From assembly GCA_050015635.1 (NCBI GenBank), contig JBEKBA010000003.1:73-64072 (forward strand): 64,000 nucleotides of DNA, in the 5' to 3' direction. Of this stretch, positions 19,611-29,223 are shown one piece after another. A program made the position numbers and the translations under genes. A model generated the notes under the pieces. That model was given only the letters and a program-made list of their open reading frames with translations, did not search any database and was not told the DNA's origin. This stretch comes from Verrucomicrobiota bacterium. GTDB taxonomy: Bacteria; Verrucomicrobiota; Verrucomicrobiia; Limisphaerales; UBA11358. The stretch's first letter is position 1. Each line of letters starts with the position of its first letter.

Positions 19611-20705
19611 ATGGGCTGGCCCTATCGAAAACTGGTTCGCCCGATTCTCTTCGCGCAAGACGCGGAACACACGCACGATTTAACCCTGAAAATTCTTGGC
19701 CGTGCCAGCCAAAGCAAATTTGCGTGTGCCACGCTCAATGCGTTTTTCGCCGCGCCAGAATTGCCCGTTGAAATTTTTGGTCTTGAATTTCAAAATCCCG
19801 TTGGGCTTGCCGCCGGCATGGACAAATTTGCCGTTGCCGTTCCGATTTGGGAAAAACTTGGTTTCGGTTTCAGCGAGCTTGGCGGCGTGACATGGCATGC
19901 CCAAGACGGCAACCCACCGCCGCGAATGTTTCGTGCCGTCGCCGACGAAGCCATTGTGAACCGCATGGGCTTCAATAATGCCGGGGCCGAAGCCGTTGCG
20001 CAAAAGCTCGCCGAATGGAAAAAATCCGGACGCTGGCCGAACCATCCCGTCGGCATCAACCTCGGCAAATCAAAAATCACGCCTATGGGAAAATCCGCCG
20101 AAGATTACGCGAACTCGTTTCGTGTGCTGCGCGAACTTGCGGATTTTTTTGTCGTCAACGTCAGTTCGCCCAACACGCCGGATTTGCGCCAACTTCAGGA
20201 CAAGGCCGCACTCGATGAAATTCTCGCCGCGATTCAGGAACAAAATCGAACTCAAAATTCAAAGCCAATGCTTGTCAAAGTCGCGCCCGACCTTTCGTTC
20301 GAAGCGCTTGATGAAATTTTGGAACTTGTCGGTCCACGCCAAATCGCGGGCATGGTCGCGACGAACACAACGATTGCGCGTCCGCAAAGGGGTGATTCAA
20401 AATTGGAACGAATTTATTCCGAGACTGGCGGCTTGAGCGGCAAGCCGTTGCGCGCGCGCAGCACGGAAATCATCCGCCATCTTTTCAAGCAAACGCGCGG
20501 CCAATTGCCTATCATCGGCGTCGGCGGAATTTTCAATGCGGATGACGCTTGGGAAAAGATCACGGCGGGCGCGAATTTGGTTCAAATTTACACCGGCCTC
20601 GTTTTTGAAGGGCCGGACATCACCAGGAAAATAGTCGCCGGCTTGATTCAGCGAATAAAAGCAAGGGGCATTCGTAGTTTGAAGGAAATTGTCGGTTCGG
20701 CCTGA
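19611..20705 (+). CDS. pyrD: Dihydroorotate dehydrogenase (quinone), class 2
   Basis: 364 aa. Motifs GLAAG.DK, NRMGFNN.G, NVSSPNTP.LR and IGVGGI. Starts 5 nt after the shc stop. Confidence 0.9.
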   Translation: MGWPYRKLVRPILFAQDAEHTHDLTLKILGRASQSKFACATLNAFFAAPELPVEIFGLEFQNPVGLAAGMDKFAVAVPIWEKLGFGFSELGGVTWHAQDGNPPPRMFRAVADEAIVNRMGFNNAGAEAVAQKLAEWKKSGRWPNHPVGINLGKSKITPMGKSAEDYANSFRVLRELADFFVVNVSSPNTPDLRQLQDKAALDEILAAIQEQNRTQNSKPMLVKVAPDLSFEALDEILELVGPRQIAGMVATNTTIARPQRGDSKLERIYSETGGLSGKPLRARSTEIIRHLFKQTRGQLPIIGVGGIFNADDAWEKITAGANLVQIYTGLVFEGPDITRKIVAGLIQRIKARGIRSLKEIVGSA

Positions 20706-20745
20706 TTCTATTTTGCACTTCGTGCTCGGCGCGGTATTCTTTCTC

Positions 20746-21603
20746 ATGCTTTTGGCGTTCACAAAATATCACGCGCTGGGCAACGACTACATCGTCATTG
20801 ACCCGAAAAATCTACCGTCGCCGCTGACGGCTGCGCAGATCAAGACGATTTGCCACCGCAATTTCGGCGTTGGCTCGGACGGAATTTTGCTTGGTCCATT
20901 GCCGTCAAAAAAGGCAAAGTTCGCGCTGCGGATTTTTAATCCCGACGGTGGCGAGGCGGAAAAAAGCGGAAACGGCCTGCGAATTTTTTCACGTTACTTG
21001 TGGGATTGCAAACTTGTCCGCAATGACGAATTCACCGTTGAAACTCCCGGCGGCCTTGTGCAAGCCACAGTCATGGAACGCGGCAAAATCGTGCGCGTCG
21101 AAATGGGCCGGGTCAGTTTTTGGAGCGACGAAATCCCCGTGGCCGGCCCGCGCCGCGAAGTCATCAATGAACCGATTCATCTGCGCGGTGAACGATTCAA
21201 TTTTTGCGCAGCCACCGTAGGCAATCCGCATTGCGTGCTGCCGCTCCCGAAAATCAACGCTGACCTTGCGCGGCAAATCGGGCCGCTGCTGGAAACGCAT
21301 CTGCGCTTTCCGAACCGCACCAACGTGCAGTTCATGAAAGTGCTCGACCGCAACAATATTCAGATTGAGATTTGGGAGCGCGGCGCCGGTTACACGCTGG
21401 CAAGCGGCAGCAGCAGCAGCGCGGCGGCGGCAGTGGCGCACCGGCTCGGCCTGTGCGACCGTGAGATTTCTGTCCATATGCCTGGTGGAAGAATTGAGAT
21501 TGAGATTGGTGACGGTTTTACGATTCGAATGACGGGCGCGGTGACAAAAGTTGCGGATGGCGTGATGACAAAGGAAATATTCGGCGCGGTCATTGCGGCT
21601 TGA
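20746..21603 (+). CDS. Diaminopimelate epimerase homologue lacking both catalytic cysteines
   Basis: Collinear with DapF (KYHALGNDY, RIFNPDG, VGNPHCV, WERGAGYT). Ser occupies both thiol positions (EKSGNG instead of CGNG; LASGSS instead of ACG(T/S)G). The alternative start at 20689 overlaps pyrD. Confidence 0.8.
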   Translation: MLLAFTKYHALGNDYIVIDPKNLPSPLTAAQIKTICHRNFGVGSDGILLGPLPSKKAKFALRIFNPDGGEAEKSGNGLRIFSRYLWDCKLVRNDEFTVETPGGLVQATVMERGKIVRVEMGRVSFWSDEIPVAGPRREVINEPIHLRGERFNFCAATVGNPHCVLPLPKINADLARQIGPLLETHLRFPNRTNVQFMKVLDRNNIQIEIWERGAGYTLASGSSSSAAAAVAHRLGLCDREISVHMPGGRIEIEIGDGFTIRMTGAVTKVADGVMTKEIFGAVIAA

Positions 21604-21622
21604 ACCGATTTGGCGCGCGGAG

Positions 21623-21652
21623 TGACTGGAATTGACTGGAATTGACTGGAAT
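21623..21652 (+). repeat. Tandem repeat (TGACTGGAAT)x3
   Basis: Three perfect head-to-tail 10-mers in the convergent intergenic region after the dapF-like gene. Confidence 0.8.
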
Positions 21653-21851
21653 ACGCCGGAAATCAAGGACTTACGAAGGAAAAAGAGGCCGATTTCGAAA
21701 AAACACGATTTTCATGCGGTTTAACAGGATAATATGTTGAACTTTTGGAGACTATCCCGTTTCATGGTTTTTTCCCAAGCTTGGATTTATTGTTGTCCAG
21801 CGTGATTATATTTCGCTTTGGCGTATAATTTTTGCGGACAAAGGGCTGCAT

Positions 21852-23036
21852 TTATTTCACCGGCTGCAATTTTCCGCGCAGGACATGGATGAGGGCTTTG
21901 ACGGTGAGTTCGATGAAAAGGAAGGGTTTGGCGATGAAGTCGTTGCCGCCGGCCATCATGGAGCTGGTGCGGCTGTCGAAATCGCTCAAGGCAGTGACGA
22001 AGACGACGGGGGTTTTTTTGTGCGCGGGCAGAGTGCGCAGTTTGGTGCAGAGTTCAAAGCCGGTCATGCCGGGCATATTCACGTCGAGAAACACGAGGTC
22101 GAATTTTTTTTCGGCAAGCATGTCGAGCGCGGTCTGCGGGTCTCCGACTTCGACATGCTGAAGGTAGGCTTTTTCGAGCGCGTAAACGATGGCGCGGCGG
22201 GAGATGGGTTCGTCGTCCACGACGAGGATGCTGGCTGCGGGCAGTTCCTGTTTATCCGGGGCGGTGCCGCATTCAAACAGGAAACCCAGAAAATCCACGG
22301 CGGCGACGATGGTGCGCAGGTTCGAGGTGCTGATGCTGTCCGGTTTTTCATAAAGTTCCTTGAGCAGCGCCTCGATTGCGGCGGACATTTGGGCGATTTG
22401 AACGAGATTGACGACACTGGCGTTGCTGTTGATCGCGCGCATCCGGCGGTAAAGTTGATGAATCTGCTGGATCTGGTCGGTTTGACGGTCGGTCTTGGTG
22501 AGGTTTTTCAAGTCAGCGCGCAATGTGGAGAGCGTCATGGGCAGACTATCAATGAACGATTTTTGCAGGTCGGTTTTGAATTCGGAATCCGCCGCGGCAG
22601 CGAGCGTCTCGGGTTTGGATTTTCGCCGGAATTTGGTGTCGCCGGAACCGGGACGCGAAATGGCACCGCTGTGGCCAACGGTCTGACGCACGACGTCAAT
22701 AAATTCGCGCGGCGAGCAGCCGGTTTTGGAAATGCACTTGGTCGCGCCCGCCCGCCATGCGTCCTGAATCATGTTGGTCAGGTAAATGTTTGAGAAGACG
22801 ATGATGGGCAGTTTGGAAAATTCCGATTCACTGCGGATTTGCTTGATGACTTCAACGCCGGACATTTTGGGCAACATGAGATCGAGGATGATGATGTCGG
22901 GGTGGAACGTCCGCACCAGCTTGAGTCCGGTTTCACCGTCCGGTGCGGTCTCAACCTCGTAGCCTTCGACAGTAAGCTTGTTGCGATAAACATTGGTGAT
23001 GATCTGGTCGTCTTCGACGATGAGGACTTTTTTCAT
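21852..23036 (-). CDS. Response regulator with two receiver domains joined by a helical linker
   Basis: 394 aa. N-terminal REC (ILIVEDD...IIILDLMLP) and C-terminal REC (ILVVDDE...LVFLDVNMP). No output domain. The start overlaps the upstream kinase stop (ATGA). Confidence 0.85.
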   Translation of the reverse strand: MKKVLIVEDDQIITNVYRNKLTVEGYEVETAPDGETGLKLVRTFHPDIIILDLMLPKMSGVEVIKQIRSESEFSKLPIIVFSNIYLTNMIQDAWRAGATKCISKTGCSPREFIDVVRQTVGHSGAISRPGSGDTKFRRKSKPETLAAAADSEFKTDLQKSFIDSLPMTLSTLRADLKNLTKTDRQTDQIQQIHQLYRRMRAINSNASVVNLVQIAQMSAAIEALLKELYEKPDSISTSNLRTIVAAVDFLGFLFECGTAPDKQELPAASILVVDDEPISRRAIVYALEKAYLQHVEVGDPQTALDMLAEKKFDLVFLDVNMPGMTGFELCTKLRTLPAHKKTPVVFVTALSDFDSRTSSMMAGGNDFIAKPFLFIELTVKALIHVLRGKLQPVK

Positions 23037-25465
23037 GATTTAACGGTTGTCACAAGCATTGTTGCCGAAGCCGGCTGCGCCGCCAGAAAATTCTGGATCA
23101 GCTTGAACTCGCGCCGGGCGTTTTCGCAGATTTCCACGGCGTTTGTCAACCTGCCTTCCGTGCCCTGCCGTTCCAACTCACGGAGCAGGGGAACGATGCG
23201 GACCATCCCGAGCGTCGCGCTCGCGCCCGCGCAACTATGCGCCACATGACGGACTTTATCCGCATCGTTCGCGCCTACCGCCGCCCCGATTTGATCAAGC
23301 TGCTGCGCGGTTTGCTTAAAATAAAGCTCGACGAGTTCGCGGAAATTTTCGGCGTTGCCGTCGGTCATGTCATTGAGTCGTTCCATGTCAACGGGCGGCG
23401 TTTCGGTGGTGGCGGACGGCTCGCTTTTCACCGGCGCGGGTTCCGCAGGAGATGTTTGTGAACTCCAGCGTTCGACGACGCCGCGGATGTCGGCCAAACG
23501 GATCGGTTTGGTCAGATAATCGTCCATGCCGGCAGCGAGGCATTTTTCACGATCGCCTTGCATGGCCTGCGCGGTCATGGCGATGATGATGATACGCGAC
23601 TGGTAATTTGGATGCGCGCCGCGCTCCTGCCGTTCGCGAATCAGACGCGTGGCTTCCAAGCCGTCCATTTCCGGCATCATCACGTCCATGAAAATCAGAT
23701 CATATTGCTTGTGTTCAAGCGCCTCAAGCGCCTCGAGGCCGTTCGCCGTGATGTCGGATTGATAACCGATCTGCTGCAAGAGGCGCGAAGCGACTTTCTG
23801 ATTGATGGAATTGTCGTCGCACAAAAGAATCCGCAACGGCAAATTTTTGACGGGCAACGGTTCCGTTTTCACCGGCGGTGTCTGGACGACGGTTTTAAGA
23901 TTGAACAACGCCTGTTCGAGCGCTTCGCAGAGTTGCGCGGATTTGACGGGTTTGGCGACGCATTGCGCAAACGCGATGTGCGCGGCACCCGGCATATCGG
24001 AACGGGTTCCCGGCGGGGTAAGCAACACCAGCGGCAGCATGATTGCGCGCGGCAATTTGCGGATTTCCGTGGCGAGTTCCAGACCATCCACGCCGGGCAT
24101 ATTCAGGTCGAGGATTGCCAGGTCAAATTGTTCGTCACGTTGAAGCTGTTCAAGCGCCTGTTGCGCGGTTTCAACGCATTCAGGAATCAGCCCCCACTTG
24201 GCCGTCTGCCTGACGAGCGCGCGCCGGCTCATCTCGTTGTCATCCACGATCAAAATCCGCAAATCGGCCAGTTTGGGCCGGCGTGTTTCGGGCGCGGCGG
24301 CCGATTCGGCCTGAAGCATCGCGGTGAAATGGAATGTCGAACTTTTTCCCGGCACGCTCTCCGCCCACATTTTGCCGCCCATCAGTTCGACCAACCGCTT
24401 GCTGATGGCCAGACCCAACCCCGTGCCGCCATATTGCCGCGTCGTTGAAATGTCCGCCTGCATAAACGGTTTGAACAGCCGCACCAGCTTGTCCGGCGTG
24501 ATGCCGATGCCCGTGTCGCTCACGGAAAAATGCAGGTGCAGCCCTGAACGGTTTGTCGCCGCCACCGGTTGCGACGAGAGTAATCTGACCTGGACAAAAA
24601 TACCGCCGATTTCGGTGAACTTGACGGCGTTGCTCAAAAGATTTGCCAGCACCTGCCGCAAACGCAACGGATCACCTTCGACCGTCACCGGAATTTCGTC
24701 ATCCGTTTGATAGGTCAGATCGAGATTTTTTTCCGAGGCCTTGACGGACATGATGTCGAGCGCGTCCTCGAGGCTGGCGCGCAAATTGAACGGTCGGGAG
24801 TCGAGTTCCATCTTGCCCGCCTCGATTTTTGAAAAGTCGAGGATATCGTTGATGATCGTCAGCAATGCTTCACCGCTCGTGTGAATGGTTTCCAGATAAC
24901 CGCGCTGCTCGGTGGTCAAAGGCGTCTCCATCAACAATCCGATCATCGCGATGATGCCATTCATCGGCGTGCGGATTTCGTGGCTCATTGCCGCGAGAAA
25001 ATCCGCCTTGGCGCGCACGGAAGACTCGGCGGCGGCGCAGGCATTGATCAATTCACGATTGTCCCGGCTTAATTCATCGTGCCGCCGTTTGGTCTGCAAC
25101 GCGGCGCGGATGCGGGCGCGAAAAACCGGAGATTCGAACGGTTTACCGAGACAATCAATCGCGCCCATTTCGAACGCGCGCAATTGGGTCTCCGTGTCGC
25201 CAGAGGCGGTGAGCGCGATGACGGGGGTGAACGGCGTCAGCGGATTTTGCTGAAGCTCGCGCAGCAATTCAAAACCCGGAGCCTCCAGCGTTTCCAAATC
25301 CACCAAAATCAGGTCCGCCGGTCGTTCAGGGAGAGACTGGAACAGCCCGTCCGCGCCGTGCGCGAAACGGAGAGTGAGGTCGTCTTCCCGAAACGTCGCT
25401 GACAACGTCTCCAGCGTTTTCGGGTCGTTGCCGACCAGCAAGACTTGAATTTCGGCCTGATTCAT
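23033..25465 (-). CDS. Hybrid sensor histidine kinase (REC-HisKA-HATPase-REC-REC-Hpt)
   Basis: 810 aa. H-box is [14 protein letters not shown]. HATPase G-boxes are DTGIGI and GGTGLGL. Three REC domains. C-terminal Hpt is [13 protein letters not shown]. Confidence 0.9.
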   Translation of the reverse strand: MNQAEIQVLLVGNDPKTLETLSATFREDDLTLRFAHGADGLFQSLPERPADLILVDLETLEAPGFELLRELQQNPLTPFTPVIALTASGDTETQLRAFEMGAIDCLGKPFESPVFRARIRAALQTKRRHDELSRDNRELINACAAAESSVRAKADFLAAMSHEIRTPMNGIIAMIGLLMETPLTTEQRGYLETIHTSGEALLTIINDILDFSKIEAGKMELDSRPFNLRASLEDALDIMSVKASEKNLDLTYQTDDEIPVTVEGDPLRLRQVLANLLSNAVKFTEIGGIFVQVRLLSSQPVAATNRSGLHLHFSVSDTGIGITPDKLVRLFKPFMQADISTTRQYGGTGLGLAISKRLVELMGGKMWAESVPGKSSTFHFTAMLQAESAAAPETRRPKLADLRILIVDDNEMSRRALVRQTAKWGLIPECVETAQQALEQLQRDEQFDLAILDLNMPGVDGLELATEIRKLPRAIMLPLVLLTPPGTRSDMPGAAHIAFAQCVAKPVKSAQLCEALEQALFNLKTVVQTPPVKTEPLPVKNLPLRILLCDDNSINQKVASRLLQQIGYQSDITANGLEALEALEHKQYDLIFMDVMMPEMDGLEATRLIRERQERGAHPNYQSRIIIIAMTAQAMQGDREKCLAAGMDDYLTKPIRLADIRGVVERWSSQTSPAEPAPVKSEPSATTETPPVDMERLNDMTDGNAENFRELVELYFKQTAQQLDQIGAAVGANDADKVRHVAHSCAGASATLGMVRIVPLLRELERQGTEGRLTNAVEICENARREFKLIQNFLAAQPASATMLVTTVKS

Positions 25466-25615
25466 AACTGCGAATTTAACCCGTCTGTGGCTTTAGTCCG
25501 ACCTTGCGTATTCAACATAAATTCACTGACTTGGCCAGTTCGATTTTGACTTCACCGCAATTTTAATGCCGAAAGAAACATTGCTGGCACACAATTTCAC
25601 CCCTAAAATCGCGTC

Positions 25616-26656
25616 ATGCTGCAAACGGTGCTCGACGCCAAACCAGCCAGTGAAGCTGCCGTTGCGCGCGAAGCGCACATTGCCGCGTATCGCTTCATGT
25701 TGCTGGCACGCGTGCTGGACGACAAATACGCCGCGCTCTATCGAGCCGGGAAAATCCACGGCGGCGTTTTTCTCGGACGCGGGCAGGAAGCGCTGAGCGC
25801 GGCCATTGGCGTTTCGCTCAAAAAAGGCGATGTCTTTGCGCCGCTCATTCGCGATGCGGCGGGACGGCTGGCTTTTGGCGAAACGGTTTTGGACGCCGTG
25901 CGCACCTATCTCGGCTCGGCGCTCGGTCCGATGCGTGGTCGCGACGGCAATGTTCATCGCGGCAGACCGAGGGAAGGTTATCTACCGATGCTCAGCCACC
26001 TTGGGGCGATGATTTCAGTCGTCAACGGAATTTTGCTGGCGCGAAAATTCAAAAAAATTTCCAATACGGTCGGTGCGACCTGTATCGGAGACGGCGCGAC
26101 TTCCACCGGCGCGTTTCACGAAGCGCTAAATCAAGCCGCCGTCGAAAGACTGCCGCTGGTTTTGATCGTGGCTGACAATCAATACGCCTACTCGACGCCG
26201 ACCGCGCGCCAGTTCGCCTGTGAAAATCTTGCGGACAAGGCCGTCGGCTACGGGGTCGAAGCCCATTCGGTGGATGGGACGGATTTGTCCGCCTGTTTGA
26301 AAGTTACCGGCAATGCGGTTTCCAAGGCGAGGGCAGGCGAAGGGCCGCAACTGGTCGTTGCCACATTGCTCCGGCTTTGCGGGCACGGTGAACATGACGA
26401 TTCCAGTTACATTGATCCAAAATTGAAAGGGTTGCCGATGGGCCGCGACTGTCTGAAAGTCGCTGAGGAAAATTTACTTCGTCAAAAATGGGCGGACGCT
26501 TCGCAACTCGCCGTGTGGCGCAGTGAAGTCATCCGCGAAATTGAGGAGGCCGTTGGTCAGGCGCAACGCGAACCGGCGCCCGATCCATTTACGGAAAATT
26601 GGCGCGCCATTTTATCAAAGCATCTGGGTGAAACGCACGACGGAACTGAAAGTTGA
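25616..26656 (+). CDS. 2-oxoacid dehydrogenase E1 component, alpha subunit (TPP-dependent)
   Basis: 346 aa. TPP-binding GDGATS...N motif region (CIGDGATSTGAFHEALN...VADNQYA). Confidence 0.85.
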   Translation: MLQTVLDAKPASEAAVAREAHIAAYRFMLLARVLDDKYAALYRAGKIHGGVFLGRGQEALSAAIGVSLKKGDVFAPLIRDAAGRLAFGETVLDAVRTYLGSALGPMRGRDGNVHRGRPREGYLPMLSHLGAMISVVNGILLARKFKKISNTVGATCIGDGATSTGAFHEALNQAAVERLPLVLIVADNQYAYSTPTARQFACENLADKAVGYGVEAHSVDGTDLSACLKVTGNAVSKARAGEGPQLVVATLLRLCGHGEHDDSSYIDPKLKGLPMGRDCLKVAEENLLRQKWADASQLAVWRSEVIREIEEAVGQAQREPAPDPFTENWRAILSKHLGETHDGTES

Positions 26657-26664
26657 AATTGGGC

Positions 26665-27630
26665 ATGAGCATCACCTATCTCGAAGCTATCCGCGAAGCG
26701 CAGGCTCACGCGCTGCGCGATGATTCGCGCGTTTTCATTTACGGGCAGGACGTCGGCGCGTTTGGCGGCGCGTTCAAGGCCACAAAAAATCTGGCGAAGG
26801 AATTTCCCGGTCGGGTGCTGGATTCACCCATCAGCGAGGACGCGATGGTGGGCATGGCCGTCGGCGCGGCGATTGAAGGCATGAGGCCGATTATCGAAAT
26901 GCAGTTCGCCGATTTTTCAACCGTCGGTTTCAACCAAATCGTCAATCAGGCCGCGACATTATTCTGGCGGACAAATGTTCCGTGCCCAATCACCGTGCGT
27001 CTGCCCTTTGGCGGCACGTCGGGCAGCGGGCCGTTTCACAGCCAGTGCATCGAGGCGATCTACGCGCATTATCCCGGCCTGATTGTGCTCACGCCCGCGA
27101 CCGTGGAGGACGCTTACAGCATGTTGCTTGAAGCCGTGGCGCTGGATGACCCGGTGATATTCTGCGAGCACAAATTTCTTTACTACCATCTCAAGGCCGA
27201 AAAATTGCCGAGCGAGGCGTTGCCCGTTGGCAAGGCGCGCATCGCCCGCGAAGGCCGCGATTTAACGATGGTTACTTACAGCGCGATGGTTCATGAAGCG
27301 CTCGAAGCCGCGACGGAACTCGCGACGGAAGGCTGGGAGGTTGAAGTGGTTGATTTGCGTTCCGTGAAACCGCTCGACACGGACACAGTGATCGCATCCG
27401 TCGCGCGAACCGGAAAATTACTTTGTGTGGGCGAAGCATGGCCGTGGGGCGGCGTGACGGCGGAAATCATTGCGCGGGTGGCGAGCGAAGGATTTGGTTT
27501 GCTGGACGCGCCGCCGCAACGGCTCAACGCCAAGGACACGCCCGTGCCGTATCATCCGAATTTATGGACGGCGCACCGGCCCACGGCGAGGAGCGTTGCG
27601 GTTGCCGCGCGAAGCCTTTTAAGGCTCTAA
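26665..27630 (+). CDS. 2-oxoacid dehydrogenase E1 component, beta subunit
   Basis: Starts MSITYLEAIREA. Transketolase-like pyrimidine-binding and C-terminal domains. The track start at 26653 is TTG. Confidence 0.9.
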   Translation: MSITYLEAIREAQAHALRDDSRVFIYGQDVGAFGGAFKATKNLAKEFPGRVLDSPISEDAMVGMAVGAAIEGMRPIIEMQFADFSTVGFNQIVNQAATLFWRTNVPCPITVRLPFGGTSGSGPFHSQCIEAIYAHYPGLIVLTPATVEDAYSMLLEAVALDDPVIFCEHKFLYYHLKAEKLPSEALPVGKARIAREGRDLTMVTYSAMVHEALEAATELATEGWEVEVVDLRSVKPLDTDTVIASVARTGKLLCVGEAWPWGGVTAEIIARVASEGFGLLDAPPQRLNAKDTPVPYHPNLWTAHRPTARSVAVAARSLLRL

Positions 27631-27634
27631 AATT

Positions 27635-28825
27635 ATGCCACAAATTCCCATCATCATGCCGCAACTCGGCGAATCCATTGCCGAGGCCGCCATCATCAAT
27701 TTTCTGGTGAAGCCCGGGGACAACGTTGAGGCCGACCAGAATCTCATCGAGGTCGAGACGAACAAAGCCACGATGACCGTAGCATCGCCCTGCAGCGGGC
27801 GAATCGAAAAATTCACCGTGCAATTGAATGAAAGTTACGCGGTTGGCGCAACGCTGGGACAAATTGAAGCGACCAGGGAGGAAGTCACGCGTTTGGGACT
27901 CGATGTATCACCGGCAAAAACTTCCGACATTGACCCCGTTTCCAAATCTGAATCCAACGGCGGCAAATCCCGCGTGCAGCCGACCGTGCGCGGTCTGCCT
28001 GTGCCCGCAAACGCAGCAGGCGCGAGTTATCTTTCGCCGCGGCTCAAGGCGCGCATGGACGAACTGGGATTGCACGCCGCCGATCTCGCGGGCGTCGCGG
28101 GCAGCGGGGCGGCGGGGCGCGTGACCGTCGAGGATTTCGAGAGATACATCGCCAGTCTTGAAAAACACAAAATGAGCGGCGCTTCGACCATGCGCGTGGC
28201 CGTGGCCGATGCCATGCGCCGCAGTTGGACGCGCCCGCTGGCCACGGTTGGTTTGCCCGTGCAACTGGAGGCGATTCTCGCGCACCGGAAAAGTTCGAAT
28301 CCAAAACCCGGCCCGGCGCTTTACGCCTTGCGCGCACTGGCGATTGCGCTGGCGGAAAATTCCGCGCCCGCCGGCCGGCTGGTCGGAAATAAAATTGTTC
28401 ATCCGGGTTCAATTGACATCGGCTTTGCCGTGGAAGCCGAGGACGGCGTGCTTGTTCCCGTTTTGCGCGGCGCGGACAAAAAATCATTGTCGGAACTGGT
28501 CGTGCGCTACAACGAACTGGTGGAACTGGCGCGCGAACGCAAACTTCCGGCGGACGCGACCGGCGGCTCGATAGCGACGGTGACGAACTACGGCACGTTC
28601 GGGCTGATCTGGGCGACGCCGATTCCGCTGCCGGAGCAGACGCTCGTGCTGGGCATGGGCGCGGGACGGCGCACACCGAGTTGGGACGAGGCGAAAAAAC
28701 AATTTATGCCGGTGATGGAAGCGAACCTGACTTTGAGCTTTGACCATCGCGTGCTGGATGGCGGCGCGGCAGGTCGCCTCCTCACGCGCATCGCGGATTT
28801 GATGTCGAGGCCGGAGAAGTTGTGA
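27635..28825 (+). CDS. Dihydrolipoamide acyltransferase (E2) component
   Basis: 396 aa. Lipoyl domain with VETNKATM. Peripheral subunit-binding domain (SPRLKARMDELG). Catalytic domain ending SFDHRVLDG. Confidence 0.9.
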   Translation: MPQIPIIMPQLGESIAEAAIINFLVKPGDNVEADQNLIEVETNKATMTVASPCSGRIEKFTVQLNESYAVGATLGQIEATREEVTRLGLDVSPAKTSDIDPVSKSESNGGKSRVQPTVRGLPVPANAAGASYLSPRLKARMDELGLHAADLAGVAGSGAAGRVTVEDFERYIASLEKHKMSGASTMRVAVADAMRRSWTRPLATVGLPVQLEAILAHRKSSNPKPGPALYALRALAIALAENSAPAGRLVGNKIVHPGSIDIGFAVEAEDGVLVPVLRGADKKSLSELVVRYNELVELARERKLPADATGGSIATVTNYGTFGLIWATPIPLPEQTLVLGMGAGRRTPSWDEAKKQFMPVMEANLTLSFDHRVLDGGAAGRLLTRIADLMSRPEKL

Positions 28826-28885
28826 TTTTGGAAATCCGATACTGTGAGCCTGAACTCGCAGTCGGGTTAGTCCGCTTCAATCCCC

Positions 28886-29026
28886 ATGGCTCAACTTCCA
28901 AACTATTTGCTGTCCAACCGAAAACGCCTGTCTCTGTCTCAAGAGGACGTGGCTTTTCTTCCGGGAAATCAAGACGGAGCCAAAGTCTCCCGCTTTGAGC
29001 GGTTTGCCCGCGAACCGAGCCTGGAA
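28886..29026 (+). pseudogene. Truncated XRE-family HTH gene fragment
   Basis: Reads MAQLPNYLLSNRKRLSLSQEDVAFLPGNQDGAKVSRFERFAREPSLE, and the HTH-like sequence then breaks off. No full-length domain. Confidence 0.4.
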
Positions 29027-29169
29027 ATCCGGTGTTTACCGTTAGCGTGTAGTGGGAGAGCGCATACGAATTGTTTCAGTGCAATTCAAAGTGCGTCTTG
29101 CTGCTCACGTTTTTGCTCACAGTTTCCTCTTTAACCCCATAGAACCCCAAAAAACATTAGTGTTTTGGC

Positions 29170-29193
29170 TGGAGGCGGAGGTCGGAATCGAAC
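29170..29193 (-). other. Orphan tRNA 3'-end fragment (T-loop half + acceptor + CCA), att-like scar
   Basis: Minus strand reads GTTCGATTCCGACCTCCGCCTCCA. No matching 5' half, D arm or anticodon arm lies upstream. Confidence 0.5.
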
Positions 29194-29223
29194 GAGGAAG
29201 CTTTACCGTTCCAAGCCTATCCG

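Noticed and set aside
21623-21652. CRISPR-like array
   Set aside because: These are just three contiguous 10-mers with no spacers. No CRISPR repeats occur anywhere in the window.
23558-24448. 296-aa plus-strand ORF, and similar long ORFs at 21885-22793, 8746-9588, 7423-7995, 40136-40837, 40782-41549, 54399-55268 and 27908-28676
   Set aside because: All lie antisense to, or out of frame inside, strongly supported genes. They have the Arg/Gly/His-rich composition of GC-rich shadow ORFs.
25616-28825. Missing E3 (lipoamide dehydrogenase) as an anomaly
   Set aside because: E3 is frequently encoded elsewhere and shared between complexes, so this is not informative within a single window.
29170-29193. 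A functional tRNA or tmRNA gene at the T-loop/CCA match
   Set aside because: Only about 24 nt of the 3' end are tRNA-like. The sequence 5' of the T loop cannot form the T stem, and no D or anticodon arms are present.
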